Source of the DNA: an uncultured Methylomirabilota bacterium | Lineage (GTDB): Bacteria; Methylomirabilota; Methylomirabilia; Methylomirabilales; 2-02-FULL-66-22 | Direction: 5' to 3' | Assembly: GCA_963845565.1 (NCBI GenBank) | Contig: CAWJSJ010000005.1 | Coordinates: forward strand, 896,001 to 960,000 | DNA: 64,000 bases | Shown: in pieces, positions 9,241 to 19,136 of the stretch | Layout: each line of letters starts with the position of its first letter | Position numbering within the stretch: the first letter of the stretch is position 1 | The notes under the pieces: model-generated | The model's input: only the letters and a program-made list of their open reading frames with translations | Databases searched by the model: none | What the model was told of the DNA's origin: nothing | Translations under genes and position numbers: made by a program

Positions 9241-11803
9241 TCAGACGCCCAAGAGCTTCTGGCGAAGCTCGTGGTCGTCGATGATGGCCTGGGCCGCCCC
9301 CTCGAATTCGATCTGCCCATTATTGACGACATAGACCCGATCACCCAGCGACAGGGCCAGGTCGGCGTTCTGCTCCACCAGCAGGGTCGTCATCTCCTTC
9401 TTCAACTCGTTGATCACCTTCCAGAGGCCCTCGACGATGGTGGGGGCCAATCCTTCGAACGGCTCGTCCAGCATGAGCAGCTGGCCGTTGCTCATGAGCG
9501 CGCGGGCGATGGCCAGCATCTGCAGTTCGCCGCCGCTCATCTGCTCACCTCGGCGCGCGCGCAGGCGGCCGAGCTGCGGCAGGAGCTCATAGGCCCTGTC
9601 CGGGGTCCAGACCACGGGATGGCCGTTCCGCCCTGCCTGCATGAAGGCGATTTCGAGGTTCTCCTGGACCGTGAGGTTCGGGAAGATCCGGCGGCCCTGC
9701 GGGACCAGCATGATGCCCTTTCGGCTGATCTGCTCGGGCTGGAGACGGGCGATCGCTTCTCCACCGAAGCGGATCTCGCCGCGCCACGGCGGCGTGAGGC
9801 CGATGATGGAGTGCAGAGTCGTGGTCTTGCCGGCCCCGTTCCGCCCCAGCAGACAGACCAGCTCTCCCGGATAGACCGCCAGGGATACATCGTGCAGGAT
9901 ATGGCTCTTCCCGTAGGAGGTGTTGATCCGCTCCACCGTGAGGAGCGGGACATCCGTCCGCCGTTGGGGCGGGTGCGAGACCAGGTGCTCGCGGTCGAAG
10001 CCGCCGATGTACGCCTCTTGCACCAGGGGATTGGCCTGGATCTCGTCCGGGCTTCCCTCGGCGATGACTTTGCCCTGGGCCAGGACCGTGATCCGATCGG
10101 AGATGTTGAGGATCTGATCGATGTCGTGGTCGATGAGGATCACGGTGTGCTCGCCGGCCAGGGCGCGGATCAGGCCGGCGATCTTCACCCGCTCCTTGGC
10201 CGCCAGGCCGGCCAGGGGCTCGTCCAACATGAGCAGCTCCGGCTTCATGGCCAGCGTGATGCCGATCTCCAGCAGGCGCTGGTCCCCGTGGGAGATGTTC
10301 ATGGCAATCTGGTCGCGCAGCGGCCGGAGACCCACCTGATCCAGAATCCGCTCGGCCTCGCGATTAATCTCCGTCAGCGTATCCGTCACGGCCAGCATGG
10401 AGAACCGGTAAGTGGTCTTCGACTGGACCGAGACCCGGATGTTCTCGAAAACGGTGAGATCCTTGAAGATGCTGAGGATCTGGAAGGAGCGGGCGATGCC
10501 GTGGTTTGCGATCTGATAGGGCTCCAGGGCGGTGATGTCCTGCCCCTTGAAGAAGACCTTCCCGCCGTCCTTGGGAAGGTTGCCGGTCAGCGTGTTGAAG
10601 AACGTCGTCTTCCCGGCTCCGTTCGGGCCGATGACGGAGCGCAGCTCTCCCTTGCGGACAGAGATGCTCACCCCATCCACGGCCGCCAAGGCGCCGAAGC
10701 GTTTCGTGACACCCTCCGTCCGGAAGATCTCCTCGCCGAGGAGCGCGGGGTCGGTGCGCCGAGCGCTATTTTCACGAGCGGGATCGGCTGATGCGGACGC
10801 GACGGTGGGCAGGGCGACCTCCCCGCTCTCCTCGCCGGCGCCGTTCTTCCGCAAGCGGCTGCGCAGACCCGCCAGGATGCCCATGATTCCGTTGGGAGAG
10901 AATAGGATGAACGCCATGAACATCAGGCCGAAATAGATCATCCAGTGTTTGGTGTACGAGGAGAGGAGATCCTGGAAGAACACATACACGGCGGCGCCGA
11001 CGATGGGTCCGAAGAAGTTCCGCATCCCGCCCACGATGGTCATGGCCACGATGGAGCCCGAGAAGCCGGAGTGGAAGACCTCGGGGTAGGCGAAATAGTT
11101 GAGGTAGGCGAACAGCGTGCCCGCGAACCCGAGGAAGGTGCCGGAGATGATGACGGCCACGTGCTTGTAGCGACGCGGGTTGTAGCCGACGCTGGCGGCC
11201 CGGACCTCGTTGTCGCGAATGGCCTGGAGCACGCGTCCGAAGGGGGCGTCCAGGATCCGACGGATCAGCAGGACGCACGACGCCGAGCAGGACCAGGCAG
11301 ACGTAATAGAAAGCGTGGTCGCTCCGCAGGTCGAGGCCGAGGAAGGCGTCCGGCCGCTTGAGGCCGGACAGGCCATTCTCTCCGCCCGTGATGTCCGTCC
11401 AGCGGTAGCAGATGGTGAAGAAGAGTTGCGTGAAAGCCAGCGTGAGCAGCGAAAAGTACACGCCCCGGCGGCGCATGACCAGGAAACCGACCGCCACGCC
11501 GGTGAGCGCGGCCAGGGTGGTGCCGAGGAGGATGGGGACCGTGAAGGCGCCCTTGAAGACGTGGAGCTGCGCCAGGGTGGCCCCGTACATTCCCATCCCG
11601 AAGAACATCCCGTGCCCGAAGGACAGGAGACCCGTGTAGCCGAGGAGGATATTGAAGCCGAGGCCCACGACGGCGAAGATCAGGATCTGGCTCGCCATCA
11701 GCGCGGTGCTCTTCAGATTCTCCAGGGCGTAGGGGAGGACCAGAAGCACTGCAAGGAGTACCAGATTGGCTGTGACGCTCTGAAACAGGAGCCAGCGCTT
11801 CAT
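9241..11803 (-). CDS. fused LivM permease-LivG ATPase-LivF ATPase; one frameshift near 11280
   Basis: The N-part (MKRWLL...GYTGLLSFGHG...TGGENGL) is in ORF 10772..12235. The rest is in ORF 9241..11376, with two Walker A motifs (GPNGAGKTT, GRNGAGKTT). Confidence 0.85.
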
Positions 11804-12675
11804 TCGAATCTCTCCCATCGCCGCCCGAGCAGTCCGCGGGGCCGGAGCAAGAGAATGGCGATCATGAGGGCGAACTTGGACGCGTCGGCCATGGGGGGCC
11901 AGAAGAAGATGCAGAAGCTCTCCACCACGCCTACCATCAGACCGGAGATGACCGAGCCCCAGAAGCTGCCCAGGCCGCCGATGACGACGACCACGAAGGC
12001 GAAGGTGCCCGTGTTGGTCCCCATCGCCGGCTCGACGCCCGCCAGCGGGGACGCCAGCACGCCGGAGAGGGCGGCCAAGGCGACTCCCAGGCCGAAGACG
12101 GCCGTGAAAACAGGCCGGAGGCTGATGCCGAGGACCCGGACCATATCCGGGTCGCGGCTGCCGGCCCGGATGATCATGCCGTACCGCGTCTTTTCCAGGA
12201 AGTACCAGAGGCCGGCGATCGTCAGGACGGCGCACAGCCCGACGAAGTAGCGGTACTTTGAATAGACGATGGGCCCCATGGCGATGGCGCCCCGCAATGC
12301 CTCGGGAATTTGGAAGGGGATGCCTTGGGTGCCCCAGATCCAGCGCACCATCTGCTCCAGAAACATCGCCAGGCCGAACGTGAACAGGAGGCCGAGCGCC
12401 GGGTCGCCCTTGTAGATCCTGCGCAGAAACGCGGCCTCGATGGCCATGCCGAACAGGGCCACCAGGAGCGGCGAGAGGACGAGGCTGGGGAAGAATCCGA
12501 TGTAGGGGGTCACCGTTACCGTGGCGTACGCCCCCAGCATGTACAGGATGCCGTGGGTCAGGTTGACGATGCCGATCATCCCGAAGATGATCGACAGGCC
12601 GACGGCCAGGAGGACGTAGATCGCCCCCAGCACGATGCCGTTGATGAAGAACTGGAGAAACGTCGTGAGATCCAT
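11800..12675 (-). CDS. livH: branched-chain amino acid ABC permease LivH
   Basis: GLSIIFGMIGIVNLTHG, VVVIGGLGS and RPRGLLG. Confidence 0.88.
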   Translation of the reverse strand: MDLTTFLQFFINGIVLGAIYVLLAVGLSIIFGMIGIVNLTHGILYMLGAYATVTVTPYIGFFPSLVLSPLLVALFGMAIEAAFLRRIYKGDPALGLLFTFGLAMFLEQMVRWIWGTQGIPFQIPEALRGAIAMGPIVYSKYRYFVGLCAVLTIAGLWYFLEKTRYGMIIRAGSRDPDMVRVLGISLRPVFTAVFGLGVALAALSGVLASPLAGVEPAMGTNTGTFAFVVVVIGGLGSFWGSVISGLMVGVVESFCIFFWPPMADASKFALMIAILLLRPRGLLGRRWERFE

Positions 12676-12707
12676 GGGCTCCCTCGCGGGATCGGGTCCC
12701 GCAAACG

Positions 12708-12742
12708 CTCCTGCCCCCCTCGAGGATCGAGGGGGGCAGGAG
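12708..12742. other. intercistronic stem-loop after the binding-protein gene
   Basis: Perfect 16-bp stem CTCCTGCCCCCCTCGA/TCGAGGGGGGCAGGAG with a 3-nt loop and no U-tail. Confidence 0.7.
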
Positions 12743-12754
12743 GTGTCTAGGGCA

Positions 12755-14005
12755 TCAGCCGCGCTTCATGCTGCAGGGATTCTCTTCCTTGGTCGCCGCG
12801 ATCACCTCCAGGCTCTCGTCTTTGCCCGGGACCTCGGCGACGATGTTGAAGATGTCGTACTTGTCCTTGTTCCCCGTCTTCTTGATGTCGACCACGTACA
12901 TCGGCTGCATGAGTTGATGGTCGTACGTCCGATAGTACAGTTCGCGGCCCTTGCCGCCGTCGAACTTGATCTTTTCGAGGGCTTCCACCACCTTCTTGCT
13001 CTCGGTGGTGCCGGCCATCTTGATGGCCTCGGCGAGACACCTTGATGCTGGTGTAGTCGCCCCAGGCCTGGTTCTCCGGCGGCTGGCCGTACTTCTGCCG
13101 ATACGTCGGTCACGAATTTCTTGGTGAACTCGTTGTTCGAGGTCGCCCCACCAGATGACGGTCCAGACGCCCTGGGCCGTATCCTTCCCGGCGTTCCACA
13201 TCAGGACTGTGTCGGTAACGCCGCCGGCCACGTCGATCTTCAGGCCGAACTCGGTGTACTGCTTGAGGAAGGTGGTCTGATCGCCACCGGCGACGTTGCA
13301 GAAGATGACCTCCGGCTTGGCGTTGCGGATCTTCAGCAGATAGGAGCTGTAATCGGCGGTTCCGGTCGGCACCAGGTCGTGACCGATCTCCTTGCCGCCC
13401 AGCTCGTTCAGGAGGCGTCGGGTGACGCGGGTCAGATCGTGGCCGAACGCGTAGTCCGAGGTGAGAATGTAGAAGGTCTTGTAGTTCTTGTTCTTGACCA
13501 GGTAGCGGCCGATGGCCTTCACGTACTGGGTGTTGGAGGCCTCGGTGCAGAAGGTGTAGTAGTTGCACTTGCCCCCGCGGATCTCGTCCGAGTTCGACCC
13601 GGTATTGAAGAAGATCTTCTGGTAGCGCTCGGCCACGTCCATGATCGCCAACGCCACGGCGCTGCTCACGGTGCCGAGGAGGAAGTCCACCTTGTCCTGC
13701 TGGATCAGCTTGGTGGCCTTCTGGACACCGACGCCCGGGTTCGTCTCGTCGTCGACGATGGTTTCCAGTTGCCGGCCCAGCACACCGCCCGCTGCGTTGA
13801 TCTCTTCGATCGCCAACTTGCCGGCCTTGGACGCGTAGTCGCCCATGGGGGAGAGGAATCCGGTCAGGGGGACCAAGTGGCCGATCTTGATCGGGGTCTG
13901 CTGGGCCTTGAGGAAGGCGGGCGCGAAGATTTGGGACGTCCCCGCGGCAGCGGCCGCGGCGGTCGCGGTCTTCAGGAAGTTTCGTCGGGTCATGCCCTTC
14001 TTCAT
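12755..14005 (-). CDS. branched-chain amino acid-type ABC substrate-binding protein (Tat signal); paralog of 7703..8953; compensating frameshifts at about 13040-13140
   Basis: TRRNFLK and strong similarity to the other binding protein. The paralog's PPENQAWGDY segment is present but out of frame. Confidence 0.88.
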   Translation of the reverse strand: MKKGMTRRNFLKTATAAAAAAGTSQIFAPAFLKAQQTPIKIGHLVPLTGFLSPMGDYASKAGKLAIEEINAAGGVLGRQLETIVDDETNPGVGVQKATKLIQQDKVDFLLGTVSSAVALAIMDVAERYQKIFFNTGSNSDEIRGGKCNYYTFCTEASNTQYVKAIGRYLVKNKNYKTFYILTSDYAFGHDLTRVTRRLLNELGGKEIGHDLVPTGTADYSSYLLKIRNAKPEVIFCNVAGGDQTTFLKQYTEFGLKIDVAGGVTDTVLMWNAGKDTAQGVWTVIWWGDLEQRVHQEIRDRRIGRSTASRRRTRPGATTPASRCLAEAIKMAGTTESKKVVEALEKIKFDGGKGRELYYRTYDHQLMQPMYVVDIKKTGNKDKYDIFNIVAEVPGKDESLEVIAATKEENPCSMKRG

Positions 14006-14515
14006 CGGTGACTCCTTTTTGCGTGAGGCTTTGGGAAGCCAAGCGTTCGACAGGGGATGCGGTCGAGTGACGTCATCACCTCCTTGCGCCTCAACGGGGC
14101 GCACCCATAACCGCTCCCATCCGGCGTGCCGGACAGGAGGCATCCGGGAAGACGGATACAGACGCGGGGCCGGTGGATTGGCTTATCGATGTTGGATCAC
14201 CGGGACCAGTCATACAGGATGCCGGCGGTGGCCAAGATCGCTACAACCTCCCCGAGGTCCGGGGATGCGCGAAAATCGCTCAGACATCGGGTCTTTGTCA
14301 AGCCCAAACCTTGTCGAACTACGGTTGTGCGGGACTATGAACCAAGGCGGTTCCGAGCGTTCCCTGGGACGGCCGAGCAGAAGGGCCCCGGACGACGGTC
14401 CTGCCCATCACTGGGCGTCAAAGGCACCGAGCGCGGTCCGCGATCGCGCCGCTTGACACAAATTACATCATGGCCCACTGTGCGCAGGGTACGGCGCGGG
14501 GAGACGGGGGAAACC

Positions 14516-15463
14516 ATGCAGGGCCAGCTCAGGGAAGCCATCGACCAAGATGATGTGGCACGACCACCTCTCGGGCAGGTGTACTTTCTGCTCTTTCTGA
14601 CGGTCCTCCTGTGGGGTGGAGGCGCGGTGGCGGGGAAGTTGGCGCTGCGCGGGATTCCCAATCTTGCCGTGGGACTCCTACGCTTCGGCCTGGCGGCCCT
14701 CACGCTCTGGGTCGTGTTTCGGCGAGAGTTTCCTCGCTGGAGCACCCTCACCCGGTCGGACCGTTGGCTGGTCCTGGGCCTCGGGGCCTTCGGAGGCTTT
14801 CTGAATCATGTGTTGTTCTTCGCCGGTCTGAGTTTCGCACCGGCATCCCACGCTGCGGTGATCGGCCCGACGACCAGTCCGATCTGGACGCTCTTCCTGG
14901 CCTCGTGGTTTGGTGGGGAGCGGTTGCGCGCCGGGCAGGTAGCCGGGAGCGCACTGTCTCTGGTGGGCGTTCTCCTCGTGGTTCAACCGGATGACCTCCT
15001 CGGCGAGCACGTCGGGAGGCAGCTACTGGGTGATTTCTTGCTGCTCCTGAGTGGGATGGTCTGGGCGGTTTACTCGGTTCTGTCGAAGCTGGCGATCCGG
15101 CGGTTCGGACCCATCGCGTCGCTGGGGTATGGGATGATCGTCGGGTGTGGGTTCCTGATCCCGCTGGTCTTGGCGGACCGCTCCTGGGCGGCGCTGCCCT
15201 CCGCATCCGCCGGGGCTTGGCTCGCGTTGGCGTATCTGACGTTCGCCACCACACTGCTGGCCTTTTTCTGGTGGAACCTCGGGATCCAGCGCGTCGGCGC
15301 CGGGAAGACGGCCATCTTCAGCAACTTAGTGCCGGTCTTCGGGGTGCTCTTGGCGTGGGTGGTCCTCGGCGAGACGCTCGGTTTGATGCAACTCGGTGGC
15401 GCAGGACTCGCCGTGGCCGGGGTGTGGGTGTGCCAGCAACGAGGGGACGGCCATAAGCCATAA
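14516..15463 (+). CDS. DMT/EamA family transporter
   Basis: About 10 transmembrane segments in two EamA repeats (GDFLLLLSGMVWAVYSVL, NLVPVFGVLLAW). Confidence 0.88.
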   Translation: MQGQLREAIDQDDVARPPLGQVYFLLFLTVLLWGGGAVAGKLALRGIPNLAVGLLRFGLAALTLWVVFRREFPRWSTLTRSDRWLVLGLGAFGGFLNHVLFFAGLSFAPASHAAVIGPTTSPIWTLFLASWFGGERLRAGQVAGSALSLVGVLLVVQPDDLLGEHVGRQLLGDFLLLLSGMVWAVYSVLSKLAIRRFGPIASLGYGMIVGCGFLIPLVLADRSWAALPSASAGAWLALAYLTFATTLLAFFWWNLGIQRVGAGKTAIFSNLVPVFGVLLAWVVLGETLGLMQLGGAGLAVAGVWVCQQRGDGHKP

Positions 15464-15530
15464 ACGTAATGGTGTGCATGGCCACCCCCTTTGCCATGGG
15501 CTCGCGCCACCGCCCGGTGGCCCAGACGGG

Positions 15531-15706
15531 GGGGACGTCCATAAAAGTATAAATCTTTGGCCGGTGAACACACGCAGACTCCAACCTACTTCTGGTCGAG
15601 GCGCCTCTCTCCGCGAGAGTATGTACGTTCGCTGAAAAATTTCCCCTCGAACTCTCTTATTTTCGAAAGCAAATCGAGTGTCTTTTATACTTTTATGGAC
15701 GTCCCC
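15531..15706. repeat. 176-bp AT-rich element bounded by a perfect 23-bp inverted repeat (REP/MITE-like)
   Basis: GGGGACGTCCATAAAAGTATAAA at 15531-15553 and its exact reverse complement at 15684-15706. Confidence 0.75.
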
Positions 15707-15769
15707 ATTATGCCTTCCCCTGGACGTGGGGGTGCTTGTTACATGCGCAGCGGGACGGTTCTGGGAGTG

Positions 15770-16786
15770 TTAAAGTGTCCGCCCGGCAGCCTGAGCGAAA
15801 GGTGCCAGTTCGCGCATGAGTTGCCGGAAGACGTCGGGCTTCAGCGACTGGACGCCGTCGCTCACCGCGATCTCCGGCCGCATGTGGACCTCGATCATCA
15901 GGCCGTCGGCGCCGCAAGCGATGCCCGCCTTGGCCATGGGGGACACGTACTCCCAGTGGCCGGTGCCGTGGCTCGGGTCCACGATCACCGGGAGGTGGGT
16001 GTGCTTCTTGAGGACGGGCACCGCGTTCAGATCGAGGGTGAAACGGGTAGCCGTCTCGAACGTCCGGATGCCGCGCTCACAGAGGACCACCTGGTAGTTC
16101 CCCTCCGACAGGATGTACTCCGCCGCCATCAGGAACTCCTGGATGGTGGACGCCATGCCCCGCTTCAAGAGGACCGGCTTGCCCACCTCGCCCGCGCGCT
16201 TGAGCAGGGCGAAGTTCTGCATGTTCCGGGCGCCGATCTGGAGCATGTCGGCGTACTCGGCGATCAGGTCCACGTCTTCGGGCTTGAGCACCTCGGTGAC
16301 GATGGCGAGACCCGTCGCTTCGCGGGCCTGGGCGAGCAGCCGCAGCCCTTCCTTCCCCATGCCCTGGAAGGCGTAGGGGGAGGTCCGGGGCTTGAACGCG
16401 CCGCCACGCAGGACCGAGGCGCCCGCCTCCTTGGCGAGCACGGCGAGCTGCATGACCATCTCCTCGCTCTCCACGCTGCACGGACCCGCGATCACCGGCA
16501 GGCGGTTCCCGCCGAACTCGGCATCGCCCACCTTCACGAGACTCGGCGTGGCCTTGAACTCCCGGCTGGCCAGCTTGAAGGGCTGGAGGATGGGGACGAC
16601 GCTCTCGACGCCCGGCATGACCTCCAGCGAGTGGAGGCGGGCCTTCCCGCGCTCGTCTCCCACGGCGCCGATGACGGTGCGCTGCGTGCCCCAGATGACG
16701 TGAGGCTGGTACCCGAGCTCCTCGATGGTCCGGATGACGTCCTGCACCTGCTCCTTGGGGATGCCGCCTTTCATGACAATGATCAT
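15770..16786 (-). CDS. aroF: DAHP synthase (class I-beta) with N-terminal ACT-like regulatory domain
   Basis: [30 protein letters not shown] and DPSHGTG. GGAGG SD precedes the ATG. Confidence 0.93.
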   Translation of the reverse strand: MIIVMKGGIPKEQVQDVIRTIEELGYQPHVIWGTQRTVIGAVGDERGKARLHSLEVMPGVESVVPILQPFKLASREFKATPSLVKVGDAEFGGNRLPVIAGPCSVESEEMVMQLAVLAKEAGASVLRGGAFKPRTSPYAFQGMGKEGLRLLAQAREATGLAIVTEVLKPEDVDLIAEYADMLQIGARNMQNFALLKRAGEVGKPVLLKRGMASTIQEFLMAAEYILSEGNYQVVLCERGIRTFETATRFTLDLNAVPVLKKHTHLPVIVDPSHGTGHWEYVSPMAKAGIACGADGLMIEVHMRPEIAVSDGVQSLKPDVFRQLMRELAPFAQAAGRTL

Positions 16787-16796
16787 GTCTCGCCTC

Positions 16797-16915
16797 CTGG
16801 GCGGCCGCTGAAAAAGGCCATCTGCTGCGTTGGCCCGCCTCGCCACTCGCTGCGGCGTGCCGCCTTGCACCTTGGCTTTTTGAGCGGCCTACACGAAGTG
16901 TCTTTCAGAAGCCGA
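16797..16915 (-). mobile_element. repeat family A (MITE-like), degenerate copy 1
   Basis: GCTGAAAAAGGCCATCTGCTGCGTTG...GCCTTGCAC...TTTTTGAGCGGCCT matches the other five copies. Confidence 0.65.
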
Positions 16916-16944
16916 CTCAATCACACAACTGACGGACCGATCAG

Positions 16945-16988
16945 TACAAAAGAGAAGGCCACGGGGCTTTGTCTGCCCCGTGGCCTTC
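16945..16988 (-). terminator. attenuator terminator in the aroF leader
   Basis: 14-bp perfect stem GAAGGCCACGGGGC/GCCCCGTGGCCTTC (16954-16988) followed by TCTTTTGT on the minus strand. Confidence 0.8.
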
Positions 16989-17009
16989 GGTGTCTGGATG
17001 CCTTTTGGT

Positions 17010-17096
17010 CTAGCTCATCCGTCGCCTCGAGCCGGCAGGGCAGACGCCCGGAAAGCAAAAGTAAAACCACACCCGGCTCGAATCGTCACGGAACAT
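17010..17096 (-). CDS. putative aromatic-amino-acid leader peptide MFRDDSSRVWFYFCFPGVCPAGSRRRMS
   Basis: GAAAGGA SD 6 nt before the ATG; codon run TGG TTT TAC TTT TGC TTT; lies just upstream of the terminator and aroF. Confidence 0.78.
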   Translation of the reverse strand: MFRDDSSRVWFYFCFPGVCPAGSRRRMS

Positions 17097-17124
17097 TTGC
17101 AGTCCTTTCAATCACCGGCCACGA

Positions 17125-17153
17125 TTGATACCATCCGATACGGTATGCGTCAA
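17125..17153 (-). promoter_or_regulatory. candidate sigma70 promoter of the aroF leader
   Basis: TTGACG-N17-TATCAA with an upstream TG (extended -10). Confidence 0.5.
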
Positions 17154-17929
17154 GCAGTATGTCCGACCGGGCCGCGCTCCGGCGAACGGCCGGCGGGGCA
17201 GACGCGAAGGCATCGCCCCATGCAGTCGGTCGCCAGGCGCGTGCTGCGGCAGGTGGCCCACTCGGTCCGCGCCGGAGGATCCAACCAGAGACCGTTCTCG
17301 GCCGCCTGGGGCAGGGTGGTGAGCGCGCCACCGGGACATTGCCGCACGCACTCCAGACAGGCAAGGCCGTCGCAGGTCTTTGCGACCAACAGGGGGGACG
17401 GGATCAGCGGCGCCGCGGTGATCACGGAGTTCCAGCGGATGCGGGGGCCGTACCTGGCCGTCACGACCACGTTGTTGAGGCCGAACTCCCCCAGGCCCGC
17501 CCGCACTGCGGCGTGCCGATGCGAGAACATGGCCGGCACGTGGGCGTACTCCTCCGGGACGCCCGTGTTGGTGGTCGGGAAGAAGAGCGAGGCGTGCCCC
17601 ATCTCTTCCAGGTGCGTGGCCAGGCGGAGGGCGATCGTGTTGAGGTGGTCATTGATGATCTGATAGCCCGATTTCTCGTAAAGGCAGAGGCGCAGCGCCT
17701 CGGCGCGCTTCGATTCGGGGTAGAACGGCGAGCCCTTGAGCAACTCCGGCCACGCCATGACCCGATCAAGGATCCGGATCCCGAAGGTCACGACCGTCCT
17801 TGCGCCGGGGAGCAGGTCGGCCGGGTGATGCGCCGGCGGCGCCCCGTCGAATCGCTCCACCGGCGCGACCCCGACCAGGCTCGCGCCCATTCCTCTGGCC
17901 ATCTCGGAGAGCGTCGTCGTGAGATCCAT
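17150..17929 (-). CDS. QueG-like (epoxyqueuosine reductase family) 4Fe-4S protein
   Basis: FSHRHAAVRAGLGEFGLN, YGPRIRW, CxxCxxCxxxCP and a second Cys cluster (C..CxxCxxxCP). Confidence 0.7.
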   Translation of the reverse strand: MDLTTTLSEMARGMGASLVGVAPVERFDGAPPAHHPADLLPGARTVVTFGIRILDRVMAWPELLKGSPFYPESKRAEALRLCLYEKSGYQIINDHLNTIALRLATHLEEMGHASLFFPTTNTGVPEEYAHVPAMFSHRHAAVRAGLGEFGLNNVVVTARYGPRIRWNSVITAAPLIPSPLLVAKTCDGLACLECVRQCPGGALTTLPQAAENGLWLDPPARTEWATCRSTRLATDCMGRCLRVCPAGRSPERGPVGHTA

Positions 17930-17960
17930 GACATTCCCTTTCCGTTGAGACTGAGACACC

Positions 17961-18135
17961 GTGGGATATTGAATAACCCATTTCGCCCAGGCTGCTCAAA
18001 GAGGTCCACATGCAAGGCGGTTTGTCGGAGGCCGGGGTACCCAGCGGAGCTGGGTCCAGGCGTACCGGAGATACGTCGCAGCGAGTGCCGAGGCAAACCA
18101 ACTCAGCAGATGGGCCTCTTTCAACAGCCTGCTAG
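17961..18135 (+). mobile_element. repeat family A copy 2
   Basis: CAGGCTGCTCAAAGAGGTCCACATGCAAGGCG...GCAGATGGGCCTCTTTCAACAGCCTGCTAG. Confidence 0.75.
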
Positions 18136-19106
18136 GGTTTGGCCGGGGCCGGCATGGGCATGTTCAGCATCAGGCCGGGGGCGTTCCCGCCGCTACCCAT
18201 CGAGAACTGCGGAAGCTTCCCATCCCACCTCTCCAGATATCGTTGCTGGATCAGGGTCGGCGTGAGCGAGGCGGACACCTTCTGGTTGTACGTCGACTCG
18301 GCGTCCGCGCGAATCTTGGTAGCCTCGGCCTCGCCCTTGGCCTTTTCCCGGGCGGCGTCACCCTGACCTTTGGCCTGTGCCGCGACGATCTCGGCCTGGC
18401 GCTGGGCCTGGACCAACTCGTACCGCTTCTGCTCCGCCTTCTGCTCCTCGATCTGTTTGCCTTCAATCGCCTTCTCGTAGGCGGGATCGAACTTGATGTT
18501 GGCCAGCGCGGCCTCCTTGACCTCGATGCCGTACTTGGCGAGCCAGGTCGTGAGTTCCCCCTGGATGTCGGCCTTGATCTTGGGCCGCTGGTGGAGGATC
18601 TCCGTCGCCACGTGCAAGGCGGTGTTCGCCTTCAGGACCTCCTGGGCCGCCGGGTCGATGATGACGCTCGCAAAGTTCGGACCGATTCGCTGATACACCT
18701 CGGCCGCCTTGTCGGGCAGGAGGCGATAGTTCAGGACCATCTCCACGTGGACGGCCTGCAGGTCCTTGCTGGCGGCGTCGTACTTGGCCTGATGGCGCAG
18801 GACGCGGGTGTTCATCTCCACCACGTCGTACAGCGGGTTGACGAGGTTGATCCCTTCGCGCAAGACCACCGGCTGCACCTTGCCGAAGAGCAACGCCACG
18901 CCCACCTGGCCGGCGCTGATCATCCGGATGCCGGAGGACAGGATCATAAGCGCACCCAGAGGGATCAGGGCCATCGCCACCAGTCGGAGCCCGCCAACGC
19001 CCAGCGCGAGCCGCTTCTCCTGATCGCTCTTGGCGAGAACGCGGGTCAGGATGGTAACCGCGATCACGCCCACCACGACTAGGATGCTTCCGAAGACGAG
19101 CCGCAT
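18132..19106 (-). CDS. SPFH/prohibitin (band 7) family membrane protein
   Basis: Two N-terminal TM helices, SKDLQ, YEKAIEGKQIEEQ and ERWDGKLPQ. Confidence 0.88.
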   Translation of the reverse strand: MRLVFGSILVVVGVIAVTILTRVLAKSDQEKRLALGVGGLRLVAMALIPLGALMILSSGIRMISAGQVGVALLFGKVQPVVLREGINLVNPLYDVVEMNTRVLRHQAKYDAASKDLQAVHVEMVLNYRLLPDKAAEVYQRIGPNFASVIIDPAAQEVLKANTALHVATEILHQRPKIKADIQGELTTWLAKYGIEVKEAALANIKFDPAYEKAIEGKQIEEQKAEQKRYELVQAQRQAEIVAAQAKGQGDAAREKAKGEAEATKIRADAESTYNQKVSASLTPTLIQQRYLERWDGKLPQFSMGSGGNAPGLMLNMPMPAPAKP

Positions 19107-19136
19107 TCCCGTGTCTCCTTTCGGCGGGCCGCTCTG

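Noticed and set aside
16945..17120. T-box riboswitch upstream of aroF
   Set aside because: No T-box antiterminator consensus (GGTGG.ACC) before the terminator. The leader-peptide model fits better.
17150..17929. Calling this gene queG or a reductive dehalogenase
   Set aside because: It shares the cobalamin/Fe-S family motifs but is short, has no Tat signal or rdhB partner, and is not linked to queA/tgt. Function left open.
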